From contig OZ245817.1 in assembly GCA_965228475.1 (NCBI GenBank), positions 1,216,001-1,280,000 on the forward strand: a DNA stretch of 64,000 nt. Direction: 5' to 3'. Shown in pieces: positions 44,400 to 54,585 of this stretch. Each line of letters starts with the position of its first letter. Position 1 is the first letter of the stretch. The DNA is from Myxococcota bacterium (GTDB lineage Bacteria > Myxococcota_A > UBA9160 > JAFDDA01). Under the pieces are notes generated by a model that saw only the letters and a program-made list of their open reading frames with translations, made no database searches and had not been told where the DNA came from. Made by a program: the position numbers and the translations under genes.

Positions 44400-45038
44400 G
44401 TGAGCACCCAGCGTCCTTCCGCCGCGCCGGTCTCGCGCGACGAGCTCGCGCAGCGGACCGTCGAGGTCCTGAACCGCGGGAACGCGCGGAACCCGGACGT
44501 CCTGCTCGTCGACGGGCCCGAGGGCCGCGTCGTCGTGAAGGATTTCGCGCCGCGGGGCGCCGTGGTCCGCGCCACCGTCGGCCGCTGGGTGACGGCCCGC
44601 GAGGCCGCGGCCCATCGCTGGCTCGAGGGCCACCCGGCCGTGCCCCGCTTCCTCGGCTTCCTCGACCCGCTGGCGATCGCCCTCGAGTACCGCCCGGGGC
44701 GCCGGATCTCGCGCCACCTGGTGGACGACGCCGGCCCCGGTTTCCCCGAGGTCCTGGCCGAGGCCGTCGCCGGGCTTCACGAACGCGGGCTGGTGCACCT
44801 CGACCTCGGCCACCGCAGCAACATCCTGATCGATGCCCAGGGCCAGCCCGTCCTGATCGATTTCGCTTCGGCGGTCTGGTTCCGGCCCGGCAGCCTCGGC
44901 GCGCGGCTCATCCTGCCGCGCCTCGCGCACTACGATCTTCGGGCGGTCGCGAAGTGGGACGCCAAGCTCGCGCGTCAGCGCGCGCTGCGGGCCGGTCGGG
45001 CGGCCGAGGCCGCGCGGGGAGAGGGCCGCCCGACGTAG
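44400..45038 (+). CDS. RIO/APH-like protein kinase/phosphotransferase
   Basis: VVVKDF, ARE, HLDLGHRSNILI, LIDF motifs; TTGCCC-16-TAGCCT promoter just before the GTG. Confidence 0.78.
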   Translation: MSTQRPSAAPVSRDELAQRTVEVLNRGNARNPDVLLVDGPEGRVVVKDFAPRGAVVRATVGRWVTAREAAAHRWLEGHPAVPRFLGFLDPLAIALEYRPGRRISRHLVDDAGPGFPEVLAEAVAGLHERGLVHLDLGHRSNILIDAQGQPVLIDFASAVWFRPGSLGARLILPRLAHYDLRAVAKWDAKLARQRALRAGRAAEAARGEGRPT

Positions 45039-45048
45039 CCGGCTGGCG

Positions 45049-45642
45049 TCAGCTCGGGTCTTTCGCGGGCGCGGCTTCGGAGGCCGCGCGCGGAGAGAGC
45101 CGTCCGACGTAGTGGCGGAAGGCTTCCAGCGTGAGGCGGGCATCGGCCAGGGCGCGGTGGGGGACGTTGCCTTCCACCAGGCCGGCCGTCGTCGCGGCCT
45201 GGCGCAGGGAGAGCGCCGAGACCGTCTCGCCCGCCACGAGGGACCACGCGTAGTAGAGCGTCGCGAGGTCGATCACGTGGTAGTCGAACGGGTAGGCGAT
45301 CCCGCAGGCCTTGTAGGCCTTCTCGACGAAGATCACGTCCATGCGGACGTTCTGGCCGGCCGGCACGACGGTCTTGCCCTTCGGGCACAGCGCGGCGAGC
45401 TCGGTCAGGGCCTGCTTCACGGGAACGGCCTCCCGCTCCCAGACCTCGGCGTCGTAGCCCTGGAGTTTCGCGGCCTCGGGGCTGATGCGGTCCGCGCGCG
45501 CGCGCACCTTCCACTCGGCCTGGGCGATCTCGACGAGGCGGTAGTCGGTGACGATGGCGCCGATCTCGGTGATGTCGTGGAGGTCCGGGTCGAGGCCGCC
45601 GAACTCGCAATCCATGAAGACGAAAGCGAAGTCCTTGGCCAA
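45049..45642 (-). CDS. DEDDh 3'-5' exonuclease (RNase T/oligoribonuclease-like)
   Basis: DCEFGGLD (ExoI), GQNVRMD (ExoII), HRALADA (ExoIII); TTG start after aggag. Confidence 0.85.
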   Translation of the reverse strand: MAKDFAFVFMDCEFGGLDPDLHDITEIGAIVTDYRLVEIAQAEWKVRARADRISPEAAKLQGYDAEVWEREAVPVKQALTELAALCPKGKTVVPAGQNVRMDVIFVEKAYKACGIAYPFDYHVIDLATLYYAWSLVAGETVSALSLRQAATTAGLVEGNVPHRALADARLTLEAFRHYVGRLSPRAASEAAPAKDPS

Positions 45643-45765
45643 CGCGGGCTCCTGGCAGGGACGCCAGGGCGTCCGGTCCTCGGTACGCCTCGCGTCGATC
45701 CGCCAGGGCGTTGCTTGCGGCCAGGGCGCCTTCGGCGATGGCGCCGGCACGGCTCGCGGGTGAAG

Positions 45766-45841
45766 TGGTGCTCCCAACGGGACTCGAACCCGTGTTTGAG
45801 CCTTGAGAGGGCCCCGTCCTAGACCGCTAGACGATGGGAGC
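45766..45841 (-). tRNA. tRNA-Glu(CTC)
   Basis: Reverse complement GCTCCCATCGTCTAGCGGTCTAGGACGGGGCCCTCTCAAGGCTCAAACACGGGTTCGAGTCCCGTTGGGAGCACCA; cloverleaf, CTC anticodon, encoded CCA. Confidence 0.95.
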
Positions 45842-45861
45842 ACGAAATTGCGAGCCGGCCC

Positions 45862-45890
45862 AACCTAGCGTCGGGGTCTCGGGCTGGCAA
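45862..45890 (-). promoter_or_regulatory. Sigma70 promoter of tRNA-Glu
   Basis: Minus strand TTGCCA, 17 nt, TAGGTT, about 20 nt before the tRNA 5' end. Confidence 0.65.
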
Positions 45891-45917
45891 CTTGGGCCCG
45901 GGGCGGCCGTCCTGCCG

Positions 45918-48900
45918 CTAGCGGGCGAACGTCTCGGCCGGTTGCTCCGGGAGGAGCGCGAGGCCGTTCCGCATACGGAAGGCGTTCTCGCTCGTGACGG
46001 CGGCTTCGAGCGTCGGCGCCCAGTGCCGGAGCTCGCCGAGGGCGGCGTCGAGGGCGGCACCGTCCTGCTCGGCGAGCGCGAGCTGGGCGCGCAGGTGGGC
46101 GACCTCGACGTGACCCGGGAGGAGCGTCATGGCCTGCTCGAGCGCCTTCCTCGCCGCTTCGAGCCGCCGTTCGCGAAGCGCCTGGCGGGCCTGCTCGAGC
46201 AGCGGCTCGCCGCGTTTCACGCGTTCGCGCCGGTCGGCTTCCTGATAGGCCAGGGCGCGCGTGCGGTCGCCGAGGGCCTCGGCGAGGCGGGCGAGCGTGG
46301 CGGCGACGCCCGGGATGAGCCGGCCCTCCGCGCTGGCGCGGTAGGCCATCAGGGTCTCGAAGGTCGGGCGGAGCGCTTCCCCGCGCTCCCCGCGCGCCAG
46401 GGCGTGCTTGGCTTCGTACCATGCGAGGCGCGGGAAGCGTCCGCGCTCCGCAACGGGAATGGCTTCCACGAACTCGAAGGCTCGGGCGGGGTCGACGTAG
46501 TCGAAGGCCCGGGCGGCGTCGAAGGCATCCTGGAAACCGCCGCTTCGCGCGAAGGCCTCGGCGTAGGCCTGGCCCGCGGCACGGAAGTCGCGGCGCCGCG
46601 TGGCCTGGTACTCGGCGAGGGCGCGCAGCGGTTCGGGACGATCCGCGGCTCGGGCTGCGAGCGCCGTGAGCGCCTTCGCTCCGGCCTCGCGCGTCTCGGC
46701 TTCCGCGAGCTGGGCCCGAGCGTGGAGAAGCGCGGCTTCGAACGGCGGGACTTCGGCGCCGTGGGCGGCGAAGAGGCGCTCGATCTTCCGAAGCGGGCGG
46801 CCGCGCTTCGTCTCCTTCGTCGTCTCGAGGATGTGGCGGGCGAGCTCGGCGACGTCGACGGGCTCGGTGAGGGGCGGCAGGGTGGCCGCGCCCGCGGGCA
46901 GGGCGGACTCGACGGCGGCGTAGTCGACCGAGCGCCAGGCGAGCTTGCGCGGGATGCGCGTCTCGACGAAGGCGTTGTCGTCCGTGTTCCGCAGGCTTCC
47001 GGCCTGGGGGAGGAAGTCCGCGGCACGGCCCTCGAAGCGGGCGAGGATCGCCGGGAACTCCGAGAGGCCGTGGTGGGCGAGCCGGGCGGCCAGCGGTGTC
47101 CCCGCGAGGCGCTCGGCGGCCCGGGTCGGCTCGATCTCGACGGGCTCGCGCATGCCGAGCAGCAGGAAGGCCTCGCGCCCGTGGTTCGCCGAGACGTCGG
47201 CCAGCACCGCGCCCGGGAAGATGCGTTCGAAGCTCGCGACCAGGGCGAGCAGGGCCTCGCGGTCCGTGCGGAAACCGTTCACCCACATGGCGAAGGCGCC
47301 GCCCGGCCGGAGCGAGTTGCGTGCGAGCGTGAAGAACTCTTCGGTGAAGAGGTTCGCCGCCCCGATCAGCCAGGGGTGGCTCGGCTGCGACGCGATCAGA
47401 TCCCAGCCCGGCGCCGCTTCGTGCTGGGCGCGCAGCAGGACGTTGCGCCCGTCGTTGACGTGGAGCGTCACGCGCGGGTCCGTGAGCGGGCTCCGTCGCC
47501 CGGCGTGCAGCACCTCCATCGCCTGCACCACGCCGGCTTCGAGCTCGACCACGTCCACGTGCGGGATGGGCGTGTGGAGCAGCGCTTCGAGGGTGTTCCC
47601 CGCGCCGAGGCCGATCACCAGGGCCCGCTCCGGGTTCTCGGCGACGAGGTACGGGATGGTGCCGAGCAGGCTCGTCGTCACCGGGCCGTAGGGAGGGCCG
47701 AGGAAGACGCCCGCTTCCGGCAGGCCGTTCGTCCGCAGACCGCGCGAGCCTTCCTCCGCGGTGACGGTGACGATGGCGTTGCGTCCTTCGATGGCGAGGA
47801 TCTGCTGCCGCGAGCGTTCGGCCAGGCGGGCGCGGTACTCGCCCAGGGTCTTGGCCTCGACGCTTCGGCCGGCGACGGCGAGCTCGGCGTGCACGCCGTT
47901 GTAGCCGAGCCCGACGACCACGAGGGCGGCTCCCGCCGCCGCGAAGGAGGGCAGCCGGGCCGGACCGTCGGTCTCCTGGAAGCGGGCGAGCACCACCGCC
48001 GCGAGGGCGAGGTCGACCAGGATGAGCGCGTAGAGCGTCGCGTCCATGCCGAGCTTCGGGATCGCCAGGAAGCCGAGCAGCAGGCTCGCCGCGATGCTGC
48101 CGGCGGTGTTCAGCGCGACCGCACGGCCCATGCCTTCGCCGACCGCCTCCGCCCGCTCCGTGTAGATGCGGATCAGGATCGGGAAGGCCGCCCCGAACAG
48201 GAGCGTCGGCGCGAGCACGATCGGGACCACGAGCAGGAAGAGCAGGTGCACGGCGTCGGCACCCGCGGCGAACTCCGCCAGCCGCGCATGGGCATGGGGC
48301 AGGTAGGGCACGGCCACGAGTCCGGCGGCGACGGCGACCCCGGCCCCGACGTGCAGCCAGCCGAAGGCCCGCGGCAGATCCCGGATGCGGTCGACGAAGG
48401 GCGCGATGGCGGCGCTGCCGAGGGCGATGCCCGTGAGGTAGGCGGAGAGGACCGTGGAGAAGCCGTAGATCGTGCCCTCCATGACGATGCCGAAGACCTT
48501 GGACCAGACGATCTCGTAGCCGATCGCCACGAAGCCGGAGATCGCGAAGAAGGCCAGGAAGGCGCGCCGGCGGCGCACGTCGATCTCGCCCACGGGCTGC
48601 ACCCGGCCGGACTCCGCGTGCGTGTTCACGACGCGTGCGTTGCCGAGCGTCACGAGAACGAGCGCGGCGACGAGCAGGTTCACGACCGCGGCACCCCAGA
48701 CCGCGGCCGTCAGGCCGAGGCTCGGGAGCAGCCAGAAGCCGCAGAGGTAGGCGCCGGCCACGGCGCCGAGGGTGTTCGCTGCGTAGAGCAGGGCGCTCCA
48801 GCGGCCGAGGGTCCGGTCGTCGCTCACCACGCCGCGCGCGACCACGGGGAGCGTCGCGCCCATGGCGATGGTCGGCGGGAGGAGGAGCAACGCGGTGGTC

Positions 48901-49241
48901 GAGATGCGCAGCGCGAATGTCGCGAGCGGGCCCGGGTCTCCGCCGAGCCAGCCGTAGACGGCGGGGAGCGCCTGCAGGAGGGGGAGGGAGAGCAGCGCCC
49001 AGGCCCCGATCCCGAGCTCGAGAAGCCCGTAGACGCGCAGCGGCCGCTCGACGCTCCCGAGCCGCCGCGCGGCCCAGGCGTTCCCGATCGCCATGCCGGC
49101 GAAGAAGATGGCGAGCACACTGCCGATGGCTTCGCTCGTGGTGCCGAAGACGAAGCCGAGAAGACGGGTCCAGAGCACCTGGTAGACCAGGGCGGAGAGC
49201 CCCGAGAAGAGCAGGGCGCAGGCAACGATCGCGCGGTTCAT
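45918..49241 (-). CDS. Fused membrane (MFS-like) / spermidine synthase-like SAM-dependent transferase with C-terminal TPRs
   Basis: FSGLSALVYQVLWTR, PPTIAMGATLP, LYAANTLGA TM repeats; ALVIGLGAGNT, VVELE, NDGRN, DLIASQPSHPW, NTDDN; helical TPR-like tail. Confidence 0.85.
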   Translation of the reverse strand: MNRAIVACALLFSGLSALVYQVLWTRLLGFVFGTTSEAIGSVLAIFFAGMAIGNAWAARRLGSVERPLRVYGLLELGIGAWALLSLPLLQALPAVYGWLGGDPGPLATFALRISTTALLLLPPTIAMGATLPVVARGVVSDDRTLGRWSALLYAANTLGAVAGAYLCGFWLLPSLGLTAAVWGAAVVNLLVAALVLVTLGNARVVNTHAESGRVQPVGEIDVRRRRAFLAFFAISGFVAIGYEIVWSKVFGIVMEGTIYGFSTVLSAYLTGIALGSAAIAPFVDRIRDLPRAFGWLHVGAGVAVAAGLVAVPYLPHAHARLAEFAAGADAVHLLFLLVVPIVLAPTLLFGAAFPILIRIYTERAEAVGEGMGRAVALNTAGSIAASLLLGFLAIPKLGMDATLYALILVDLALAAVVLARFQETDGPARLPSFAAAGAALVVVGLGYNGVHAELAVAGRSVEAKTLGEYRARLAERSRQQILAIEGRNAIVTVTAEEGSRGLRTNGLPEAGVFLGPPYGPVTTSLLGTIPYLVAENPERALVIGLGAGNTLEALLHTPIPHVDVVELEAGVVQAMEVLHAGRRSPLTDPRVTLHVNDGRNVLLRAQHEAAPGWDLIASQPSHPWLIGAANLFTEEFFTLARNSLRPGGAFAMWVNGFRTDREALLALVASFERIFPGAVLADVSANHGREAFLLLGMREPVEIEPTRAAERLAGTPLAARLAHHGLSEFPAILARFEGRAADFLPQAGSLRNTDDNAFVETRIPRKLAWRSVDYAAVESALPAGAATLPPLTEPVDVAELARHILETTKETKRGRPLRKIERLFAAHGAEVPPFEAALLHARAQLAEAETREAGAKALTALAARAADRPEPLRALAEYQATRRRDFRAAGQAYAEAFARSGGFQDAFDAARAFDYVDPARAFEFVEAIPVAERGRFPRLAWYEAKHALARGERGEALRPTFETLMAYRASAEGRLIPGVAATLARLAEALGDRTRALAYQEADRRERVKRGEPLLEQARQALRERRLEAARKALEQAMTLLPGHVEVAHLRAQLALAEQDGAALDAALGELRHWAPTLEAAVTSENAFRMRNGLALLPEQPAETFAR

Positions 49242-49516
49242 CGCACGTTCATCGGGGCGCTTCCGGGGAAAGTTGAATTTCGTGTTCCGGAGAGCGGTCG
49301 TCGCCGGCTCTCCGGGAAAACCCCGACGCCTCCGAACGCCCGAAGCGGGCGCGGGTGACGAGAATCGTCGCTTCCGCGCGCCGCAGATCGTCACTTCCCA
49401 CTACGGCTCGCGCACCGGTTGCCGATGAAGACAATGCGCAGCGCCGAGCGTAAGCGGGCGGTGCGTACCGGATCGCACGTTCGAGGGAGCGCGCGGTTTC
49501 GGCCTTCCGGAACGAA

Positions 49517-49532
49517 TGGCACGCGGGTTGCT
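49517..49532 (+). promoter_or_regulatory. Sigma54 (-24/-12) promoter of pilA
   Basis: TGGCACGCGGGTTGCT, a near-perfect sigma54 consensus about 115 nt upstream of pilA. Confidence 0.85.
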
Positions 49533-49645
49533 TTGCCCACGGAGTGATTTCGGGAGCCGAACGTTGCATGGCCCAAGGGCCGCCCCCCGAGCAAGTCGCT
49601 CAGACGGGCCTGCGATTCGGAGCTCGAAGGCAAGGAGAGAACCTC

Positions 49646-50224
<579 letters not shown>

Positions 50225-50238
50225 CGATCCGGGTAGAC

Positions 50239-50269
50239 GGCGGGCCGGGGCATCGCGCCCCGGCCCGCC
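50239..50269 (+). terminator. Hairpin after pilA
   Basis: ggcgggccggggc (50239-51) / gccccggcccgcc (50257-69), followed by a pyrimidine-rich tract. Confidence 0.65.
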
Positions 50270-50345
50270 TCTCCCAACTTTCTCCGATTTCTCGATCCCT
50301 CCGCGACATCTCTCGACGAACGAGACGACAAGGAAGGTCAGGACG

Positions 50346-50915
50346 ATGACGAATCACAACAACCGCGGCTTCACGTTGCTCGAGCTCATGATCACCGTCG
50401 CGATCATCGGCATCCTGGCCACGATTGCCATCCCGAGCTTCCAGGAGCAGCAGTGGCGCTCCCGCCGGAGTGAGGGCTTCACGAATCTCGCGGCGCTCGC
50501 CAAGTCGCAGCGCGCGTACTCTGCCGAATTCAACCGCTACGTGGGGGCAGCGCCCTCGCCGATCAACCCGCTCGGGCCGGACGCCGTGGACTGGGAAGGC
50601 GGCGTGACGCCGGGCTTCAACGCCCTCGGCTGGAAGCCGGACGGCGAAGTCCGCTACCGCTACGACACGAACTCCCAGGACATCGACGCCGGCTGCTGCA
50701 CGGGCTGCTTCACCGCGACGGCCTACTCGGACATCGACGGGAACGGACTCGTGGCCGCTCTGATGCTGGTGAGCCCGAACGTCGCGGATACGGCGAACCC
50801 GCCCTCGACCTGTGCGCCGAGCATCCTGGCCGGAACGGTCAATCCGCCCGTCGACGGCGGTGGGAACCCGGTCTACGACACCGTCGCGGCGGCCGTCGGA
50901 GCGGGGAAGTACTAG
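50346..50915 (+). CDS. Second type IV pilin (pilA paralog)
   Basis: [28 protein letters not shown]; shares GWKPDG..YRY and DIDGNG motifs with pilA. Confidence 0.9.
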   Translation: MTNHNNRGFTLLELMITVAIIGILATIAIPSFQEQQWRSRRSEGFTNLAALAKSQRAYSAEFNRYVGAAPSPINPLGPDAVDWEGGVTPGFNALGWKPDGEVRYRYDTNSQDIDAGCCTGCFTATAYSDIDGNGLVAALMLVSPNVADTANPPSTCAPSILAGTVNPPVDGGGNPVYDTVAAAVGAGKY

Positions 50916-50925
50916 TCGCTTGAAA

Positions 50926-50950
50926 GGGGCGGGCACCGCCCCGTTTGTTT
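50926..50950 (+). terminator. Rho-independent terminator-like hairpin after pilin 2
   Basis: ggggcgg-gca-ccgcccc followed by gtttgttt. Confidence 0.6.
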
Positions 50951-50975
50951 GAGGCCGGAAGGGGACTGACCTCGA

Positions 50976-51926
50976 ATGAATTCGATGATCCAGAGAATCG
51001 CTTGGACGCTGGCGGCCGTCATCCTGGTCGTCAGCGTCGACCTCATCCACGCGCAGATCCCGCCGACCCTGAAGTCGGCCAAGGGCGAGGCGTACATTCC
51101 GCAGCCCCAGGTCGCGAAGACCGCGGCCCTCGGGTTCGACACCCTGGCAGCGGACTACTACTGGCTGCAGGCCATCCAACTCGTGGGCGGCGCCGTCGCC
51201 GACCCGACCCAGCACGGTTACACGATCGGCCGCCTGATCGACGTCGTGACCCAGCTGAACCCCTACGTCGAGCATCCCTACCGCTTCGCCGCGATCTGGA
51301 TGACGGCGACGGAGGAGGACGTGCGCTTCGCCAATCAGCTGATGGAGCGGGCGATCGAGCTCCATCCGGACGATTGGCGCAACCACTTCTACAAGGGCTT
51401 CAACCACTTCTACTACCTCCAGGAGTACCCGGAGGCGGCGGACGAGCTCGAAGCGGCCTCGAAGCTTCCCGGCGCGCCCGCCTACCTGAAGCGGCTCGTT
51501 CCGCGGCTGCGCTCCCAGGGAGAGGGTGGGCTCGGCGTCGCCGCGGCGATGCTCCAGGAGCTCCACCGCAATGCTCCGGGCGAGCGCGCCAAGGCCGAGT
51601 ACGCGAAGGCGCTCGACGAGATCGAGACCGAGCGCCGTGCGCTCAAGCTCGATGAAGCGCGCGAGGAGTACAAGCGCCGCAACGGCCGGGACATCGAACG
51701 GGTCGAGGATCTCGTGGCCGGACCGAACCCCGTGCTCGCGAAGCTCCCGCCCGAGCTCCACGGCTGGGAGTGGATCCTGCACGAGACGACCGGCGAAATC
51801 GTCTCCAGCTACTACAAGGCGCGGTACCAGGTGCACCAGCGCTACCGCCCGGGGCAGTTCACGCCCGGGCAGTCCGAATCCGCCGGCGAGGACGCTGGCA
51901 GCGAAGAGAAGGGGAGTCGGGGATGA
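50976..51926 (+). CDS. pilG: Pilus accessory TPR protein, myxobacterial PilG-like
   Basis: N-terminal TM; LGFDTLAADYYWLQAIQ, DVVTQLNP, GFNHFYYL; sits between the pilins and the ABC ATPase as in the myxobacterial pilA-G-H-I-D order. Confidence 0.65.
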   Translation: MNSMIQRIAWTLAAVILVVSVDLIHAQIPPTLKSAKGEAYIPQPQVAKTAALGFDTLAADYYWLQAIQLVGGAVADPTQHGYTIGRLIDVVTQLNPYVEHPYRFAAIWMTATEEDVRFANQLMERAIELHPDDWRNHFYKGFNHFYYLQEYPEAADELEAASKLPGAPAYLKRLVPRLRSQGEGGLGVAAAMLQELHRNAPGERAKAEYAKALDEIETERRALKLDEAREEYKRRNGRDIERVEDLVAGPNPVLAKLPPELHGWEWILHETTGEIVSSYYKARYQVHQRYRPGQFTPGQSESAGEDAGSEEKGSRG

Positions 51927-52888
51927 CGAGGGAAGGCCATGAAGTCGTCCGCGTCGAGGGGCTGGTCAAGGATTTCCGGCCCGGGCTCGGGCTGCGCGCG
52001 AAGCGGATCCTGGACGGGATCTCGATCACCGTGCACGAGAACGAGATCTACGGGTTCGTCGGCCCGAACGGAGCCGGCAAGACCACCACGCTGAAGACCC
52101 TGATGGGCCTGATCCGCCCGACGGCGGGCTCGGCGACCATCCTCGGGCACGACATCCGGGAGTCCGCCTTCCGCAAGCACGTCGGGTTCCTCCCGGAGGT
52201 CTCGTACTTCTACGACTACCTGACCGGGAGCGAGTTCCTCGACTTCTACGCACGCCTCTCGGGCCTGTCGCGCGCGGAGCGCCCGGCCCGGATCGAGCAG
52301 CTCCTCGGCTGGGTGGGTCTCTCCCACGCGGCCGACGCCCGCCTGCGCACCTACTCGAAGGGCATGCTCCAGCGCATCGGCATCGCCCAGGCCCTGATCC
52401 ACGACCCGCAGGTGGTGTTCCTCGACGAGCCCATGAGCGGCCTCGACCCGCTCGGGCGCAAGGAGATCCGGGACCTCATCCTGCGCCTCAAGCGTGACGG
52501 CAAGACGGTCTTCATGAACACCCACATCCTCTCGGACGTCGAGATGGTGTGCGATCGCGTCGCGATCATCGTGAAGGGCAAGATCCGCTACGAGGGACGC
52601 ATCGAGGAGTTCATCGCCGAAGAGAACAAGCAGTCGGACATCGTGTTCTCCTCGCTCGCGCCGGAGTTCGCGGCGCGGCTCGAGCAGCAGTACGGCTGTG
52701 AGCTCCGGGGGCACGGCCAGCAGGTCGAGGCGCGCGTGCTCGAGAAGCACACCAACGAGGTCCTCCAGGCCGCGATCACGGAGGGCGTTTCGATCGCCTC
52801 CGTGAGTCCGGTCCGGGTCTCTCTCGAGTCGATCTTCCTGAAGACGGTGGAAGAGTCCGCGGCGGGCGCTTCCGGGGAGGGTTCGTAA
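51923..52888 (+). CDS. pilH: ABC transporter ATP-binding protein (myxobacterial PilH-like)
   Basis: [31 protein letters not shown]. Confidence 0.85.
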   Translation: MTREGHEVVRVEGLVKDFRPGLGLRAKRILDGISITVHENEIYGFVGPNGAGKTTTLKTLMGLIRPTAGSATILGHDIRESAFRKHVGFLPEVSYFYDYLTGSEFLDFYARLSGLSRAERPARIEQLLGWVGLSHAADARLRTYSKGMLQRIGIAQALIHDPQVVFLDEPMSGLDPLGRKEIRDLILRLKRDGKTVFMNTHILSDVEMVCDRVAIIVKGKIRYEGRIEEFIAEENKQSDIVFSSLAPEFAARLEQQYGCELRGHGQQVEARVLEKHTNEVLQAAITEGVSIASVSPVRVSLESIFLKTVEESAAGASGEGS

Positions 52889-53659
52889 GTGTTCGGTCGC
52901 ATCTTCACCATCGCCACCAACACGGTCCGCGAGGCGATCCGCAACAAGGTGCTCTACGCCCTGGTGTTCTTCGCCGTGATCCTGATCGGCGTCGGCGTGC
53001 TGCTCTCGACGCTCTCCTACGTCGAGCAGGAGCGCATCATCCAGGACGTCGGCCTCTCGGCCACGCGGATGTTCAGCGCCCTGATCGCGGTCTTTCTCGG
53101 CGTCGGCTTGATCCACAAGGAGGTCGACCGCCGCACGATCTACACGATCGTGACCAAGGCCGTGGCGCGCTGGGAGTTCCTCGTCGGCAAGTACCTCGGC
53201 CTGGTGGCGACGGTCTGGATGCAGGTCGTCATCATGAGCGCTGCCTTCCTCGCGGTCTCGTGGATGACGGGCGCTCCGATCCAGGCGCAGCACTTCTACG
53301 CGCTCCTCCTGACCGCTGCCGAAGTGGCGCTTCTGATCGCGATCGCGACGTTCTTCTCGGCCTTCACCACGCCGATGCTGGCCTCGTTCTTCACGGGTGG
53401 TCTCTACGTGGTCGGGCACCTGACGCGCGATCTGCGGCAGCTCGGGAGCCAGTCCGACGTCGAATCCGTCCAGCTCGTGGCGATGTGGCTCCACCGCATC
53501 CTGCCGGACCTCGAGAGCTTCAACCTGACGGTGGAAGCGCTCCACGGGCTGCCGGTGACGCCGGCCGAAGTCGCATGGCCGCTCCTCTACGGCGCGGTCT
53601 ATGCCACGGTCGTGCTGATGGCAGCCGCGGTGGTGTTCCAGCGCAAGGACTTCCGCTAA
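52889..53659 (+). CDS. pilI: ABC-2 transporter permease (myxobacterial PilI-like)
   Basis: IATNTVREAIRNK, KEVDRRTIYTIVTK, EFLVGKYLG, 6 TM segments, FQRKDF end. Confidence 0.82.
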   Translation: MFGRIFTIATNTVREAIRNKVLYALVFFAVILIGVGVLLSTLSYVEQERIIQDVGLSATRMFSALIAVFLGVGLIHKEVDRRTIYTIVTKAVARWEFLVGKYLGLVATVWMQVVIMSAAFLAVSWMTGAPIQAQHFYALLLTAAEVALLIAIATFFSAFTTPMLASFFTGGLYVVGHLTRDLRQLGSQSDVESVQLVAMWLHRILPDLESFNLTVEALHGLPVTPAEVAWPLLYGAVYATVVLMAAAVVFQRKDFR

Positions 53660-53668
53660 AGGTCGGCC

Positions 53669-54529
53669 ATGGTTCTCCCGCCGACGCTCCTCGCCCTGGG
53701 CCTGCTCCTCGGGCTGCTCGTCGGCTCGTTCCTGAACGTCGTGGTCCATCGCCTGCCGCGCGGCGAATCCGTCGTCTTCCCGGGCTCGCACTGCCCGGCT
53801 TGCGACGCGCCCGTGCGCCCCTGGGACAACCTCCCCGTGCTCTCCTGGCTGCTCCTGCGCGGTCGCTGCCGCGACTGCAAAGCGTCGATCTCACTTCGCT
53901 ACCCGCTCGTCGAGGCCGTGTGCGGCATGCTCTTCCTCGCGGTCTTCGCCCACTTCGGACTCACGGCCTACACGCTCCTCTACTGGGTCTTCGTCGCCGG
54001 CCTGCTGGCCGCGGCGCTGATCGACTTCGACCACCAGATCATTCCCGACGAGATCTCCCTCGGCGGCCTCGTGCTCGGGCTCGTCGCCTTCCCGGCGCTG
54101 GCCTGGCAGCAGGGCGCTCCGCTCGGCGAAGCGCTTCGCCCGGCCCTCTCCGGCGCGCTGCTCGGCGGCGGGCTGCTCTGGATGGTCGGCTTCGTCCATG
54201 CGCGGCTCTCGGTGGCCTTCGGGCGCACCTTCCCCCACTGGCCCGGCGAAGGCGAATCCCTCCCGCGCCCGTCGAGCCTCGACTACTGGACCTGGTTCCC
54301 GGGCATGGGCTTCGGCGACGTGAAACTCCTCGCGATGATCGGCGCCTTCCTCGGCCCGGCCGGCGTCCTGGAGACGATCTTCGCGGCGGCCGTGCTGGGC
54401 CTGCTGTTCGGGCTCGCCACCATGCTCGTCACCCGCGACGCCCGCGTCCCCTTCGGGTTCGGCCCGGCGATCGCGGTGGGGGCCGTCGCGGTGCTGCTCT
54501 CGCCCGTGCACTTCCTGACCGCGGTCTAG
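53669..54529 (+). CDS. pilD: Prepilin peptidase/N-methyltransferase
   Basis: GSFLNVVVHRLP, SHCPAC, LRGRCRDC, YPLVE, IDFDHQIIPD, GMGFGDVKL, PFGFGPAI. Confidence 0.95.
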   Translation: MVLPPTLLALGLLLGLLVGSFLNVVVHRLPRGESVVFPGSHCPACDAPVRPWDNLPVLSWLLLRGRCRDCKASISLRYPLVEAVCGMLFLAVFAHFGLTAYTLLYWVFVAGLLAAALIDFDHQIIPDEISLGGLVLGLVAFPALAWQQGAPLGEALRPALSGALLGGGLLWMVGFVHARLSVAFGRTFPHWPGEGESLPRPSSLDYWTWFPGMGFGDVKLLAMIGAFLGPAGVLETIFAAAVLGLLFGLATMLVTRDARVPFGFGPAIAVGAVAVLLSPVHFLTAV

Positions 54530-54585
54530 GTCGGCACCGCCCGACCGGCCTCAACCGATCCCCCGACGTGGCCGATGTAGGTTCG

